Positions 25,747-39,889 of a stretch of DNA of 64,000 bases are shown in pieces; within the stretch, counting starts at the first letter, position 1; the number at the start of each line of letters is the position of its first letter. The stretch lies in contig CM000153.2 of NCBI GenBank assembly GCA_000004695.1, positions 2,112,001 to 2,176,000 of the forward strand. Direction: 5' to 3'. The stretch is from Dictyostelium discoideum. Its lineage: Eukaryota. Under the pieces are notes generated by a model. It was not told where the DNA came from and searched no databases. It saw nothing but the letters and a program-made list of their open reading frames with translations. The translations under genes were made by a program, and so were the position numbers.

Positions 25747-27414
25747 GATTTCCCAAAACTAATTTCCAGTTTTAGTATAAAAAATATAAGAAATTAGATA
25801 AAAATGAATTAAAAGGACCAACTCCAATTCCAGTTTTAGGAAATCTTCATCAGCTATCAAGCTTACCACACCGAGATTTATCTAAAATGACAAAAGATTA
25901 TGGAGATATTTTCAGAGTTTGGTTTGCTGATTTGTAAGTTTTTTATTTTATTTTATTTTATTTTTTTTATTAATATTTTTATTATTTTCATTTCTATTAT
26001 TTTTTATTTCTTTTACTAAATTAACTTCTTTATTAGGTATACTGTAGTTATTTCAGATCCTGTTTTAATTCGTAAAATATATGTCGAAAATCACGAATCA
26101 TTTAGAGATAGACCAAAAATTCCTGTAAATATTTTTATTTAACTTGAAAAGAAATTTAATAATTAAATAAAATTTATTAATTATTTATTTCTAAAAATTA
26201 AAAAAAAAAAAAAGTCAATGAAATATGGTACATATTATCATGGTACAGCAGCATCAATGGGTGAAGATTGGGTTCGTAATAGAGGTATTGTTTCATCAGC
26301 AATGAGAAAATCAAATATTAAACATATTTATGAAGTAATTAATAATCAAGTTGATGTTTTAATGTCAACAATGAAAAAGTATGAAAAAAGATCAGAACCT
26401 TTTGAACCACGTTATTATATGACAAAGTATACAATGGCAGCAATGTTTAAATATATTTTCAATGAAGATATTGGCGAAGATGAAGATATTCATACTGGAG
26501 AGATTCAGAAAATAATGGGACCAATGAATCAAGTTATGGAAGATTTTGGTACTGGTTCATTATTTGATGTTTTAGAGATTTCACAGACATTTTATTTGAA
26601 ATGGTTAGAATTGACTGAAAAGAATTTCCCACTTTTATTGAAATTTTTTAATGGTAGATATGAACAACATCTTGAAACCATTAAACCGGAATCACCAAGA
26701 GATCTATTAGACATTTTAATCAATGAATATGGCACGAACACCCATGATGATTACTTGAATATCGCATCAACAGTTTTAGATTTCTTTTTCGCTGGTACCG
26801 ATACATCAAGTACAACATTGGAGTATTTATTCCTCATGATGGCAAACTATCCAGAGATTCAAGATAAAGTTCATCAAGAGGTCAAATCATATTTAAAACA
26901 AATTGGTAAAGATAAAGTTGAATTGAATGATAGACAATCATTACCATACGTCGTTGCAGTTATTAAAGAAACACTTAGATTCAAACCAGTTACACCATTT
27001 GGTGTACCACGATCTTGTGTAAATGAAATTACCATCGATGAAAAATACTTTATTCCAAAGGGTGCTCAAGTTATCATTAATTATCCATCAATTTTTGAGA
27101 ATGAAAAATATTTTAAAAATGCAAATCAATTTGATCCATCAAGATTCTTACAAACAACAACAACAAATACTGCATCAAATGAAGAATCTTCATTCAATTC
27201 AAATCTTGCATTCATTCCATTCAGTATTGGTCCAAGAAATTGTGTTGGTATGCAATTCGCTCAAGATGAATTGTTTTTAGCATTTGCCAATATTGTATTA
27301 AATTTTACAATTAAATCAGTTGATGGTAAGAAAATTGATGAAACTATATCATATGGAGTAACTTTAAAACCAAAAACTCGTTTTAAAGTTTTACTTGAAA
27401 AAAGATTAATTTAA
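25636..27414 (+). CDS. Cytochrome P450 monooxygenase, about 501 aa, 4 exons
   Basis: Exon 1 is 25636-25695 ([20 protein letters not shown], a signal anchor, then gtatgt). Exon 2 is 25776-25933 ([53 protein letters not shown], the proline-rich hinge). Exon 3 is 26037-26124 ([29 protein letters not shown]). Exon 4 is 26215-27414 (ORF 26218..27414: [17 protein letters not shown] = I-helix AGxDTS; [10 protein letters not shown] = ExxR; [17 protein letters not shown] = haem-binding FxxGxRxCxG). Confidence 0.92.
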
Positions 27415-27694
27415 ATTTAAAATAAAAAAAAAAAAAAAACTAATTTAAAAATATATAAATATATTAAATATTTATATATATTTTAAGTTCACTTTACAAT
27501 ATTAAAATTAAAATTAAAATTTATTATTAAAATTTATTTATTTATATATATATATTTATATGTTTAATTTTTTTTTCCAATAATTCAATCCACTACTATA
27601 CTTTAAGTGTTTTGATTTTTAAATTTTTTAAATTAGTTTTTTAATTTTTTTTTTTTTTTTTTTGTATTAGTTTTTTTCTTGTTTTTTTTTTTTT

Positions 27695-27780
27695 TTTTTT
27701 TGGTTTGTTTTGATTTGATTTGATTTGGTTTGGTTTGGTTTGTTTAGATTTGATTTGATTTGATTTGATTTGGTTTTGTA
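27695..27780. repeat. (GATTTG)n / (GGTTTG)n hexanucleotide repeat just 3' of the P450 gene
   Basis: ggtttgttttgatttgatttgatttggtttggtttggtttgtttagatttgatttgatttgatttgatttgg. Confidence 0.85.
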
Positions 27781-27879
27781 AATTTTGGTTATTTATTATT
27801 TTTATTTGAACCAATAATTAATTAATTCAATTAATTAATTGACTCTGGTGTAACTTTTCTTCTTGAAAAGGACATTTTA

Positions 27880-28908
27880 ATTAAAAATAAAATAATGAAG
27901 AATTCTAAAACATAGAGTGGAGCGAATCTAATTAAAAAAAATATAATAATATTATTAATATTATTAATAAAAAAAATAAAATAATAATAAAATAAATACA
28001 TACAACTCATTAATTGAAATATAACGATATTCTAAATACAAGGTAAGGAAAACTAAGAAAATACATGAAGAAAAGATTAAAATTAATTTTGCAACCAATG
28101 GTAATATAGCATATTTGAAAACTCTTGAATCACATTCCTTATCTTCAGTCTTTGAATAAAATCTACAAAAAGCATCAGCTAATAATGATACTTCACCAAT
28201 ATATAATGGTAAAAATACAAATACCCAATGGAATGAACTTGGATCATTTAATTGGAACTATTTAATAATAATATAAATAATAATAATAAAAATATTAATA
28301 TATGTATATAATAATAATAATAAAATTAAAGAATAATAATTTTAAAAAGTTACTCTAATAAAAATAAAAGATGAAAATATTAATAATAATGCTGAACAAG
28401 TTTTAAAAGAATGTCTTGTTGAACGTGGTAAAGTTGGGTCTAAATGAGCTAAAACTAAAAATTCCAAAGAGATTAATTGGCATGGAATAAAGATATGGAA
28501 ATATTGGAAAGCATCACCACGATAATGTCTAATTACAATGGCAGCAATAAAGATTGAGAACCAAAGGAATGGAGCAATGACAAGACCACGATAAAAGTAA
28601 CGTTTTGTACGAGAGATTGTAATATCACGATATTTTTGAATGATACGAATCTCTTTCATAAAATGTTTACCAATTGGGTGAAAGAAACAGGGTATTGATA
28701 TAGCCATAATTGGCACCCATACTGCATACCATGGGAATGATACAACACCGGCAAATTGTAAATGTAAAAATATTGTGGTTGTAACTACTCCCAAACATGC
28801 AAATATCATACCAACCTTTATCAATGGTGATGGTTTATTCACTGTAACAAGATCAACTTGATCTTGAATACTATCACTTGGATTTGGATTTAATAAAGTT
28901 TGTAACAT
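27880..28908 (-). CDS. Multipass membrane protein, possibly TMEM185 family (about 290 aa, 2-3 exons)
   Basis: Exon 1 is ORF 28342..28908 (MLQTLLNPNPSDS...FPWYAVWVPIMAISIPCFFHP...FQYFHIFIPCQLISLEFLVLAHLD...) ending at AGA|gtaact at about 28353. Exon 2 is about 27995-28258 (acceptor aaatag; FQLNDPSSFHWVFVFLPLYIGEVSLLADAFCRFYSKTEDKECDSRVFKYAILPLVAKLILIFSSCIFLVFLTLYLEYRYISINE). A short 3' exon is likely near 27880-27910. It has several hydrophobic helices, with weak W.W..(V)P(I/L) similarity to TMEM185. The 3' exon borders are uncertain. Confidence 0.55.
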
Positions 28909-29099
28909 CCTTTTTTTTTTTTTTATTAAATTTTAATTATTAATAATTAAGTGTTTAGGAAAAAAAAAATAAAAATTAAAAAAAAATAAAAATCTTATTA
29001 ACAATAATATATTTTTAAGTTTATTGTTATTTATGATTAATAAATGAGTATATTGTGTGGATATTTTTTTTTTTTTTTTTTTTAAAATTAATTAATTTT

Positions 29100-29138
<39 letters not shown>

Positions 29139-30582
29139 GTCCGATGCCAAAAAAGTTAAAATTGTTTAACTAAAAAAATAAAAAGGGTAAAAATTTTTAC
29201 GAAAAATTAAAAATAGAAAAAAAAAACTAATATGGTTATGTGATCCACAATATTTTTTTGATTTTTTGTTTTTTTTTGTATAAAATATAATATTAGAAAT
29301 AATGATTTAATTTTTTTTAATATTACTAGTTTTAAACAATTTTTTGATGATGTTATAAAATTATAATTAAAATGAATTTTTATTTTTATTTTTTTTTTAT
29401 TTATGGACAATAAATCAGTTGGTAAAAAAAAAAAAATAAAAAAAAATAAAAAAATAAAAAAAAAATAAAAAATAAAAAAAAATAAAAAAAAAATGTTTTT
29501 TAGCGTTTTGTAAGAAAAGAGAAGATCTTTTGGTTATACGCACTTATTTTTTGACTTTTTATTTTTATTTTTTTTTTTTATTTTATTTTTGAATCAAAAT
29601 TTTATATGACAAATCTTCTTTATTGGGTACTAATTTTTTTTTTTTTATTAAGATTTTTTTTTTTTTGTGATTTTTTTGAAATAAAATAAAAAAAAAAAAA
29701 CACAAAACCCACAATTTACCCCACAAGTAAAAAATTATATTTTATGAAGAGAAGGAGTATAGTTTCAACATTACTAATTCAATTACCTTTTAATATGTTT
29801 TATTCTATTTTATTTTTTTTTTTTTTTTTTTGATTTTACACTCTCCAATTTTGAAAGAATAAAAAAAAAAAAAATTAATTGTTAATTGAATTATGAGAGA
29901 TTTAAAAAAAAAAAAAAAAAAAAAACCAAAATACAAAAAAAAGAAGATATTGCGCCGTAAAAAAAGAAAAAAACAATTAATAAGGCTAAATTAACCTCTT
30001 TTATAATTAAAATATTATTAATTATTGGAATTTAAAACAACAGTATCGTTTTTATATTTTTTTAATATTAAAAATTATATTTACAATTATTTTTTTTATT
30101 TTTTATATATACATTTATTTCAATAGGGGTTGATAATTAAAAAAAGAATTATTATGTTTAAAAAAAATAAATAAAAAAAAAAAAATAAATATAAAAATAT
30201 AAAAAATAAATAAAATAAAAATATTAATAAATTTTTGGAATGATATTAAAATAAAAATAATATTTTTCACCTCAATTATTTGCTTGAAAAAAGAGATGGG
30301 TCAACAATCCAAAATCTCCAAAAAAAAAAAATAAAAAAAAAAATAAAAATAGAATAAAAAAAAGTTAGTACTGATACAAATTATTTTTAATAAAAAAAAA
30401 AAAAATATTCACCACGTGGGTACGGAGTTGTATTTTTTTTTTTTTTCTATTTTTAACCACATATAATATTAATTTTATAAAAATAATTAAAATGATTAAT
30501 CTTTTCCACTTTTTAATTATTTATTTGTTGTTAAAATTAAATTTGGAATCTTTTTTATTTTTTATTTATTTTTTATTATATC

Positions 30583-30665
30583 TTATTTTTTAGGTGTTAT
30601 ATTATTTGTATTCGGTACAACTGGGAATTGAGATAAAGTTTCTAAAAAATTATTGTTACTATCAC

Positions 30666-30718
<53 letters not shown>

Positions 30719-32621
30719 GTATTAGTATTGATAAGAGAGGATGGTTGTATTGAATTTGATGCTTGTTGTTTATCTTTATCATTATCATGATTATTATTAT
30801 CGATATTATTATTATTAGTGTTAATAATATTGCTTTCTAAAATAACACTATTATTATTTTTATTATTATTATTATTATTATTTTTATTTATACTTGAATC
30901 GGTTGAATTTATATTTGTAGCTGATGATAAACCAACTCTTGAGCCACCTATTGCTATTTTACCCCTTCTAATTGGTTGAATAACAACAGTTGATGAACCA
31001 TTATTATTATTATTATTATTATTATTAGTATTGTTGTTTTTTAAATTATTACAATTATTATTATTATTACTATTCACATTAATATTATTGTCATTATTAT
31101 TGACCACAATATTATTATTATTTATATTTATATTTTGATTATTATTATTAATATTATTATTATTATTATTTACAGTATTATTATTATTAATATTATTATT
31201 ATTATTTTTATTATTAATATTATTAATATTATTAACATTATTATTAACACCACCATTTAAATTTAAATTATTTAAATTTGGTAAAGATGATTGAGTTTGA
31301 TGTAAATTTAATTGTTGATTAAATTCTTCTTGATTATTACGATATTCGTGATAATTTTGATGTTTTGTAACTTTTGGTAATTGTTGTTTTAGAATTTGCA
31401 TTTCTTTTTGTTGTTGAAGTAGAGATTTATTTTGTTTTCTCCATTCGAAATTATTAACGTCAGGACCATTCTCTAGTAGTTGAACGATATTAGTTAATCG
31501 AGAATTCTTTGCTAAATCTAAAGGAGTACCTCTTTTTGAAATGATATTCCATTGAGCACCATTTTGAAGTAAGGTAGACACGATTTGAGCTCTACCGGCC
31601 GTGACTGCATAATGGAGTGATGTTTCTTTACCGGCAGTGATTGCATTTATGTTGGCACCATTTTGAATTAAAAACAAAACTACATCATTATGACCTCTAA
31701 ATGAAGCAGAGTGTAATGGTGTTTCACCATGTCTACTACCTACGCTAATATCTAAACCTTTGGCAATAATTGAAAGAATTGCCTCTTTTCTCTTTTCTGT
31801 TAATGGATGTCTAACCAAATAATGAAGTACTGAAGCACCATCTTTATTCTTTAACTTTACATCGATATCGTCAATGGCTAATAAAAGCTTACAAATATCT
31901 GCATTTCCTAAACAACATGCACTATGTAAAGGTGTCCAACCATTCACATCAACATCATTAATTGAGTAGGCTTCTGTGAGTAATACTTTTTCAACTTGGT
32001 CAACATCGTCAGTATTAATTGTAACATGAAGTAGTGATTTACCTTCATCAAATCTTTGTGGTTGTTTCTTTGTAACTGTTAATGTTAAAACACCACCACT
32101 GCCATCTAAAGATAATGTGGCGTTATTATTTGACGAGGATGATGATGTTATAGGTGAGGTAATTTCATCATTTTCATCATCATCAGAGCCTTCATTCCAT
32201 AATTCCATAACAGTATTTAATTCATTTTCTAAACGTGCAAATAAACCCATAACCAATCCACCAATTGGTACAATATGTAATGATTTTTCACTTTTAGCAT
32301 CTTCTAATCTTTCCATCTCTGCTAAATAATCTAAATCTGATACCATATCCTCTAAATAACCCATTGCAATTGTATCAATAGATGGTTTTGAACGATCTCT
32401 AATAAATTGTTTAACTTTTTCTGCTGAATATTCTACTAATCCAAATTGGTCACATAATATAATATGACATTTCTTTATAAAATCATGAATTACTGGATAA
32501 ATTTCTTTCTTTAATTCTTTAATTAATGGTATTGGTGAACTTATAAATCTATTTGATAATGTTAAACAATTTGGTTGTTCTATATTATTATTATTATTTA
32601 GACTATCATTATTATTATTAC

Positions 32622-32697
<76 letters not shown>

Positions 32698-35272
32698 TGA
32701 AGAATCAGCAGCAGCAGAAGTAACAGATGCAATCATTTCTTGTTTTGGTGATAATTTTGAAGTTTCAGAAACTGTGACAGGTAATGATGCAGAAGTAATT
32801 GGTAATGATGCAGATAATGAACTATCTGGTGACATAATTTGAGCACTACTATGTAAAATTGGAATTTCTTTAGCAGGTGATCTTGGTATACCAACTATTG
32901 GACTACTACTAATACTATTACTACCACTACGATTTAATTTATTATCTTTAGTATCTTTATTATTACCATTATTATTATTAATAATTGAAATTGAATCACT
33001 ACTTTTAGTAATTATTGAAGAATCACTACTCTTAGTATCATTTTGTTGTGATTGTTGTTGTTGTTTTTCTAATAATTGTTGTTTTTCATCAATTGTTATA
33101 ATTTCAATTAATTGTTCTTGTGGATCTAAAATTTTTTGGACCAACATTAAATTTGAGAAAACATCATTAATGTTATTTGGAGGTTGTTCAATATAATTTT
33201 CAGGTACAGCAGAAAAGTTGTAACCACGTTCTAATAGGAAATCATTGCAACGATTTTCAATTCTTTTTAACCACCATTCTGTTATTTGTTCTTTTTTAAT
33301 ACCATTTAAGAATTGTTTCTTCTCGATACCTAATCGATCAAGTGCAATTTCACATTCTTGAAGGACCAATTTAGTTTTTGATTTAGCAACTTGTAAATAG
33401 GAGCTACTGTGAAGTTCACTTAGAGTTGAATCATATCTTGGTATATACATAAATCTCATATCCAATTGTTGGCAAAGGTAATTATCAATTTGTAGGTCAA
33501 TTTGTTTCTCAAGATCTTTGAAAATTGGGTGATCAGGATTTGAATTTATAGATTGTAAACAAGTATGCATAGTTTTAATTCTATCTAAATTAATTAGATT
33601 TGAATTTTGTGCAACCGAATGAATGAAATCTAAATCAATACCTAAATTCTCCATAGATGACATAATGATATGTTTTGATTCATCAATGATTTGTTGAAAG
33701 AATTTCTCAGAGGGATGATTAATCAATTTGTCAGTTAACTTTATATCTTTTAAAGCTTCCATAGTGGATTTATTCAATACTAGTACATCCTCAATTCCAA
33801 CCAATACCTCTTCACTCTCTTCACTTGAAAAGTAAACTTTAATATAATAATCTTCTCTCTCACCTGTATAACGTGCAAATTGTGCCTTTGGTCTAAAATT
33901 ATTAAATGTACTTGGACACATTATTTTTTCAACATGTTCTTCCAATGTTATTAAACTTTTATGATTAATTGTTGGTGTTGTTATATTATTGTTATTATTA
34001 GTAGAGTTGTTATGATTATTATTGACTGTATTATTTGAATTTGTTGAAGTTGATGATGAATTTGAATGTGTTGAAATTCTGGAATGTGATGGAGATAATA
34101 ATAAATTTGAGAGATTATTACAACTAACACTACCATGTTGGTGAATATGTTCAGAGACACTATGACTGTGTGTTGATTTAAATCCACCTATAAATTGTTT
34201 TTTATGTATATTTTGTTGATTAAATTGGTTGAATCTAACTATAACTAAATCACCTTTTTTAATTTTATCACAACCTCTTAATAATGATGCATAACGTCTA
34301 ACTGATTTTGCAATTTGATTAACATCATCAAGTGCACTCCAATTTATAATATTCATTAATAATCCTGATCTAGTTGTTGATATATTTGGAAGTGGCATAT
34401 TACCCCCACCTCCTCCTCCCCCTCCTCCTCCACCACCACCACTTATATTGTTACTATTATTACTATTTAAAAAACCACCACTACCACTATTACTACCATT
34501 ACTACTTAAAAATGAAGATGATGTTGATGCTGATATTGGATGAGTTATACTACCAGTACTGTCTCTATAATTGTTGTTTTGTGGCTCATTTGATTTTATA
34601 ATCGATGCCAAGGATGAAAATGATAATGCTGAAAGTGATGCGTGAGATTGTGATGGTGATAATAATGGCTGAGATGATGCTGATGATGTTGATGATGTTG
34701 ATGTTGTTGATGATTGTAATTGTTGTTGTTGTTGTTGTTGTTGTGTTTGTTGTTGCTGCTGTGATGGTGAAATATCTATATCGCTTTCTTTATCTTTATC
34801 TTTTTCTTTATTATCTTTATTATCTTTTTCATCTAATCTTGCCATATCATAATCTCTTGAAATTTTATTTAAAAGGTCATCACAAGGTATTAACCCTACA
34901 ACTGCTGAATCTGGGTCAACTACATAAAAAGTTAAATGATTAATTAATAATTGTGTCACATCAGACATCATTTTTCTTTTATCCATTGATATGAAATCCA
35001 ATGTCTTTTGAAAGAATTGAAATAGTCCAATATAATGTTGTGCTCTTGCTTCTGTAAAAAATTCTTTACTTAATGATTTAACCAATCTTTCATGAAAAAT
35101 TTGTGCTATTGACATTAATTTAACTGTATGTAAATGACAAAATGCATTTATACATGGTAAAATTTGATCCTTTTTTTTTAAAAAAAATAAAAATAAAAAA
35201 ATAAAAAAATAAAAAAAAATATAAAAATAGAAAAATAAAAATAGAATTAAAAAATATTAATATGAAAAGTCA

Positions 35273-35308
<36 letters not shown>

Positions 35309-35590
35309 CTGAAAGTGTGTGAGGTTTATTTTTATTTTTATTTTTTTTTTTTTTATTATTGCAAGATATTATTTTTCATAATTACTTACTTGAAAAATAC
35401 AATAAACATTTGTGGCGGCACTATATGTTGATTTTAATGTATTATTATTTCTTGAAGATTTTGCTAATGCTTTTTCCTGTGCTTTTAATGTTTTTGATAT
35501 TTTAGGTACATTTAATGTATCTAAATATCTAAAACATTCAGTGACATTAGCAATGAATGCTTTCTCTAAACTGAATGCTTTTGAGCTCAT
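30583..35590 (-). CDS. Large (about 1580 aa) low-complexity protein with N-terminal CBS-like domain and C-terminal ankyrin repeats
   Basis: The main exon is ORF 30583..35115 (1510 aa). The N-terminal MSDVTQLLINHLTFYVVDPDSAVVGLIPCDDLLNKISRDY fits a CBS-domain pattern. A conserved-looking central region runs KIMCPSTFNNFRPKAQFARYTGEREDYYIKVYF...WWLKRIENRCNDFLLERGYNF. Ankyrin repeats are present (DVNGWTPLHSACCLGNADICKLLL, GETPLHSASFRGHNDVVLFLIQNGANINA, KETSLHYAVTAGRAQIVSTLLQNGAQW). Long poly-N/Q/G/S tracts are also encoded. A probable 5' exon is ORF 35369..35590 (MSSKAFSLEKAFIANVTECFRYLDTLNVPKISKTLKAQEK...), down to 35390 (CAA|gtaagt) or 35386 (CAAGTAA|gtaatt). It is separated by an AT-rich intron of about 250 nt from two candidate acceptors (tacag at 35123-35127 or caatag at 35106-35111, placing the exon start at 35123 or 35105) that rejoin the main frame only with the phase-1 gtaatt donor. 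The first-exon assignment is inferential. Confidence 0.75.
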
Positions 35591-36221
35591 GACTTTTATT
35601 TGGTTTTTTTTTTTTTTTTTATATTTTTTTTATCTTAACCTAAAAATAATTTCTTATTTTTTTATATTTTGATTGTTTTTTTTTTTTTTTTTTTTTTTAA
35701 GACTATTAATACAAGGTTTTTTTTTTTTTTTTCCAAAATTTCAATTTATTTCCAGATTAAAAAAAAACAGAAAAAATATAAAAAAAAAAATTAAAAAAAA
35801 TGAAATCTTTTTTTTTTTATACACGGTTGTTATGTGTCATATATTTATTTATTACTACACAAGAAAAAAAAAAGAAAAAAGAAAAAAAAAAAAGTAAAAA
35901 TTTTTTTTTTTTGAAAATTTTTTTTTTTTTTTAGATTGGGAGCAAAATACACTCACAAAAACCGGTTGTTTTTTTGATGGTGCGATGAAATCGATGAAAA
36001 TATTAAATATTTAGAATTTTTTTATTTTTTTAATTTTTTTTTATTTTTTTTATTTTTTTTAATGGTGCTATTTTTTTAGGTTTTTTATTTTTTTTTTATT
36101 CTCCCCTTCTTTATCTTTTTCCCTTATTTTTTATTTTTTCTAAATTTTTTAAATTTCTATAACCTTTTTTTTTCCTTTCCTTTTTTTTTTTTTTTTTTTG
36201 GTTTATAATAAAAGGTTGGTC

Positions 36222-36256
<35 letters not shown>

Positions 36257-36267
36257 AAATTCACTTT

Positions 36268-36298
<31 letters not shown>

Positions 36299-37007
36299 CT
36301 TTATTAATATCTGGTGGTTGGCTTTTACAATAATTATAAAAAAAAAAAAAAAATTCTATTCGTTGATTAATAAAAACAACGCCATTATTTTTATTATGTT
36401 TTCACAATGTGCATTTGGGATGGAATTTTTAAACTTGAAAGCCAAAGAAAAAGAATAAAGAAAAAAATAAAAAAAAAAAAAAAAATAAAAAAAAAATTAA
36501 AAGAATGTTGCAAAACTACATCCAATTGAGTATGGTTGACTAATTTAATTTAATTTCAAAAAAAGTTTTTATATTTTTATATTTTTATATTTTTTATAAA
36601 TTTTTTATTTTGATCATCATTATCCAAATAAAAAAAAAAAAAAAAAAAAAGAGTGAATTTTTTTTTGGGAAAAAAAAAAAAATAAAAAAAAAATTATGAC
36701 CGCCATGTATAATAAAAATCTTTTTTTTTTTATATGATTTTATTTTATTTTAAAATTTATAAATTAAAAGAATAAAAATAATTTAATTAAAGTTAAATGT
36801 GTTGAAATAGAGAAAAAAAAAAAAAAAAAAAAAAAAAAAATTAAGACAATTAAAAAAACCTTTACCATTATTATTATTTCTTTAATAATTAAATTCGTTT
36901 TTTTTATATTTTTTTTTTATTTTTATTTGTTTTTTTTTTATTTTTTTTATTTGTTTATTTTTTTTTTATTTATTTATTTATTTTAGTTTGCAGTCATAAT
37001 GATTATA

Positions 37008-37442
37008 TTAATTTTCCCAATTCACTGAAACGGAAATATATGGATAGAATTTTTCGGAATCATCAGTTTCATTCTTACCAGAGATATGAGCAGAACCTAA
37101 ATATTTGAATTGATCGAAAAGTATATCACGAACCTTTTTATCGGCACCTTTTTGTGGTTTCATGAGGATAGCTTGGAAGTTGAATGGAATACCAAATCTA
37201 AGTACAGATTCAACGAATACTCTAACAACTTTTAAGTGAACCCATGCCATAAAAGCCTCTGGGAAATTTAATCTACACCAACGAATTAATGATGTTCTAC
37301 AATTCTTTTTATCTTCTGTTAATTTTGATCTTTCTTGAGTTGGTTTATTATCTTCTAATTTGAAATCTCTTACTACCCATCTAATTATTAGTAATAATAA
37401 AAAAAAAAAAAAAAAATTTGGTTAGGGAAAAAAGTTTAATTA

Positions 37443-37480
<38 letters not shown>

Positions 37481-38451
37481 AAACATACTTCTTTTCAATG
37501 ATTTTAGTTTTAAAGTTTTCATAGAATTTCTTGAATAAAATTACACTGTATAAGAAATAATCATTATCTTGGGCAACTCTTTTAGCTGATCTTCCAAGTA
37601 CAAAATCTGAAATGGTTTCATAACAGGCTAAAAATTCTTTTTCGGATTGTCTAAAAAAAAGCAAAAGAAGAAAAAGAGGTGGATGAAGAATGATTAGTAA
37701 TTAAAAAAATTAGGAGATGAAGAAAAAAAAAAAAAAAGAAATTATTTTTTAACCATATGATTGTATGACTTACTTTGGAATAACAACGAAAGCAGTTGTA
37801 AAGTAATCAGTTTGAACGATATTATCAGCTGTAATTAAGTCATTTAAAGTACGAACTTGGAGATTACCACTTGCTTTTCTTTCTTCAGATGCAACAGAGG
37901 ATGAAAGTGTTGAATATTCACTTGATTTGATTTTTAAATCATCATCAATCTTTGAGACTGCCTATAAATATATATATATATATACATACATACATACATA
38001 CAAATACATAATTTTTAATATAATATATTAATATAAATATTCTAATAATAATAAAACTATTATTTTGTAATTATAATTAATCATAATCATCCTCTCTCTT
38101 CCTTTTTTCTTTTTCTTCCTCTTCACCACCATCATCACTATTATCATCATCATAAATATATACATTGAAATGATTTGAAATGGTTGATAAAGTTTTGTGT
38201 AAAGTTTATCGAAAATAAATGATTGTGATTGTGAGGTTTTAACATTTGATTAAATGATCAATTGATTATAAATTTGAGTGCTAGAAGAGTTGAGCTGTTT
38301 TTGAATAAAATCTTACTTGCATTACTTGATGTACTGTTGCTAAATTATCCTCTAATCTGTTATAAATATCATTCTCCCAGTATATGATAATAATGATGAA
38401 GTGACGATTCGAAAAAGATGAAGTGATGATTACTACTGCTACAACTATTAT

Positions 38452-38483
<32 letters not shown>

Positions 38484-39005
38484 CTACTACTACTAATTCT
38501 GCTACTATTACTATCTACTATTATTTATTTATTTGATGAAGAACATACAGATGAAATTTTTTCGACAATTTCTTGTAATGATAATTTTAAGTTATATTTG
38601 GCATCATCCCAGGCAAATTGTTGAAGGTATTGTGGAATGGTGTGACCATTGATTGAAAGACTCTTATCTTTACCTGGTTTGGTTCCAACTAAATCGACTA
38701 ATTGTCTGGCAATCTTTTTGGTTGTAGATTCTACAATGGTATCGATTTTTTGTAATTCATCATTGAGTGTAATCAATGAATTGAGAGTACCAACTCTTAA
38801 TGCTGGTGTCTAAATTAATAAAAAAAATAAAAAATATAAAAAAATAAAAATAAAATTTTTAGTTAGTATTTTTTATGAAAAAAAAAAAAAAGATATTTAT
38901 TTAAACGAATAAAAAAAAAGAGAGAAGTTTTTTTGTGTGAAAAAAAAAAAAAAAAAAAAACAACAAATGAATAAAAAAAAAAAAAAATTATCGATAACTT
39001 TGTTC

Positions 39006-39055
<50 letters not shown>

Positions 39056-39203
39056 GTTATTATTATTAAATGAGTCTTACATTAAATTTTTTGTTTTCAG
39101 ATAAACTATTTTCTTTGGCAGTCTTTTGATTGACTTGGTCAAAAATGTCAGCACCTGGAAGGTTTGGAGCTGAAATTAACCAAAATTCTTGTGTTTCTGA
39201 CAT
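37008..39203 (-). CDS. vatC: V-type proton ATPase subunit C (V1 sector), 5 exons, about 368 aa
   Basis: Exon 1 is 39081-39203 ([41 protein letters not shown] then gtaaga). Exon 2 is 38549-38809 (TPALRVGTLNSLITLNDELQKIDTIVE...FAWDDAKYNLKLSLQEIVEKISS then gtatgt). Exon 3 is 37774-37961 (AVSKIDDDLKIKSSEYSTLSSSVASEERKASGNLQVRTLNDLITADNIVQTDYFTTAFVVIPK, phase 2). Exon 4 is 37489-37650 (QSEKEFLACYETISDFVLGRSAKRVAQDNDYFLYSVILFKKFYENFKTKIIEK). Exon 5 is 37008-37380 ([78 protein letters not shown]...YPYISVSVNWEN). It is collinear with human ATP6V1C1 ([79 protein letters not shown]). All splice phases are consistent. Confidence 0.93.
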
Positions 39204-39285
39204 TATCTATATATATATATATATGTAGTTTTTTATAAATGAAATAAATAAACAAAAATTTAATATGAAAAAAAAAAAAAAAAAA

Positions 39286-39321
<36 letters not shown>

Positions 39322-39889
39322 ATTTTTGAAACTTTTTTTTTTTAAAAAAAAAAAAAAAAAACATAAAAAATTAATTCCCTGGTCAATTTTGAGAGAGAGA
39401 GAAATTAAAAAAAAAAAAAAAAATCAAAAAAAAAAGAAAAAAAAAAAAAAGAAAAAAATATTTTTGGCCCAGAGTCAACAGGTTAACCTATGAAAGTATT
39501 TTAACCTTTTTTTTTTTATTTTTTTTTTTTTTTGTTTAAGTTTGATTAAATAAAATAAATTAAATCAAAAATATTAATTTTTTTTTTTTTTCTTTTTTTT
39601 TCTTTTTTTTCTTTTTTATTTTGTGTTTTTTTGTTTTGTGTTTTTTTGTTTTATTATTAATTTTTTATTTTTATCTTATTTTTTAAAATAAAATTGAATC
39701 ATTCGATTTTGTACTTTTTTTAAATAACTTTTTAAATTTTTTAAGATTTTTTTAATAAAATATGAATTTACATAAAGAAAAGATATTTCCATTTTAAGGC
39801 AGAATCATTTAATTCTGAAAAAAAAAATCCTTTTCTTGTTACCCCTTTTTCTTTTTTTTTTTTACTGAGATTTATTATAAATAATCTAA

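Noticed and set aside
32117-34943. Plus-strand ORFs inside the big CBS/ANK gene (32117..32329, 34374..34601, 34605..34943) and the minus ORF 33981..34187
   Set aside because: These are antisense or out-of-frame readings of repeat-rich coding sequence.
35673-36458. ORFs 35673..35897 and 36198..36458
   Set aside because: Homopolymer-derived (poly-F/poly-K) in intergenic DNA.
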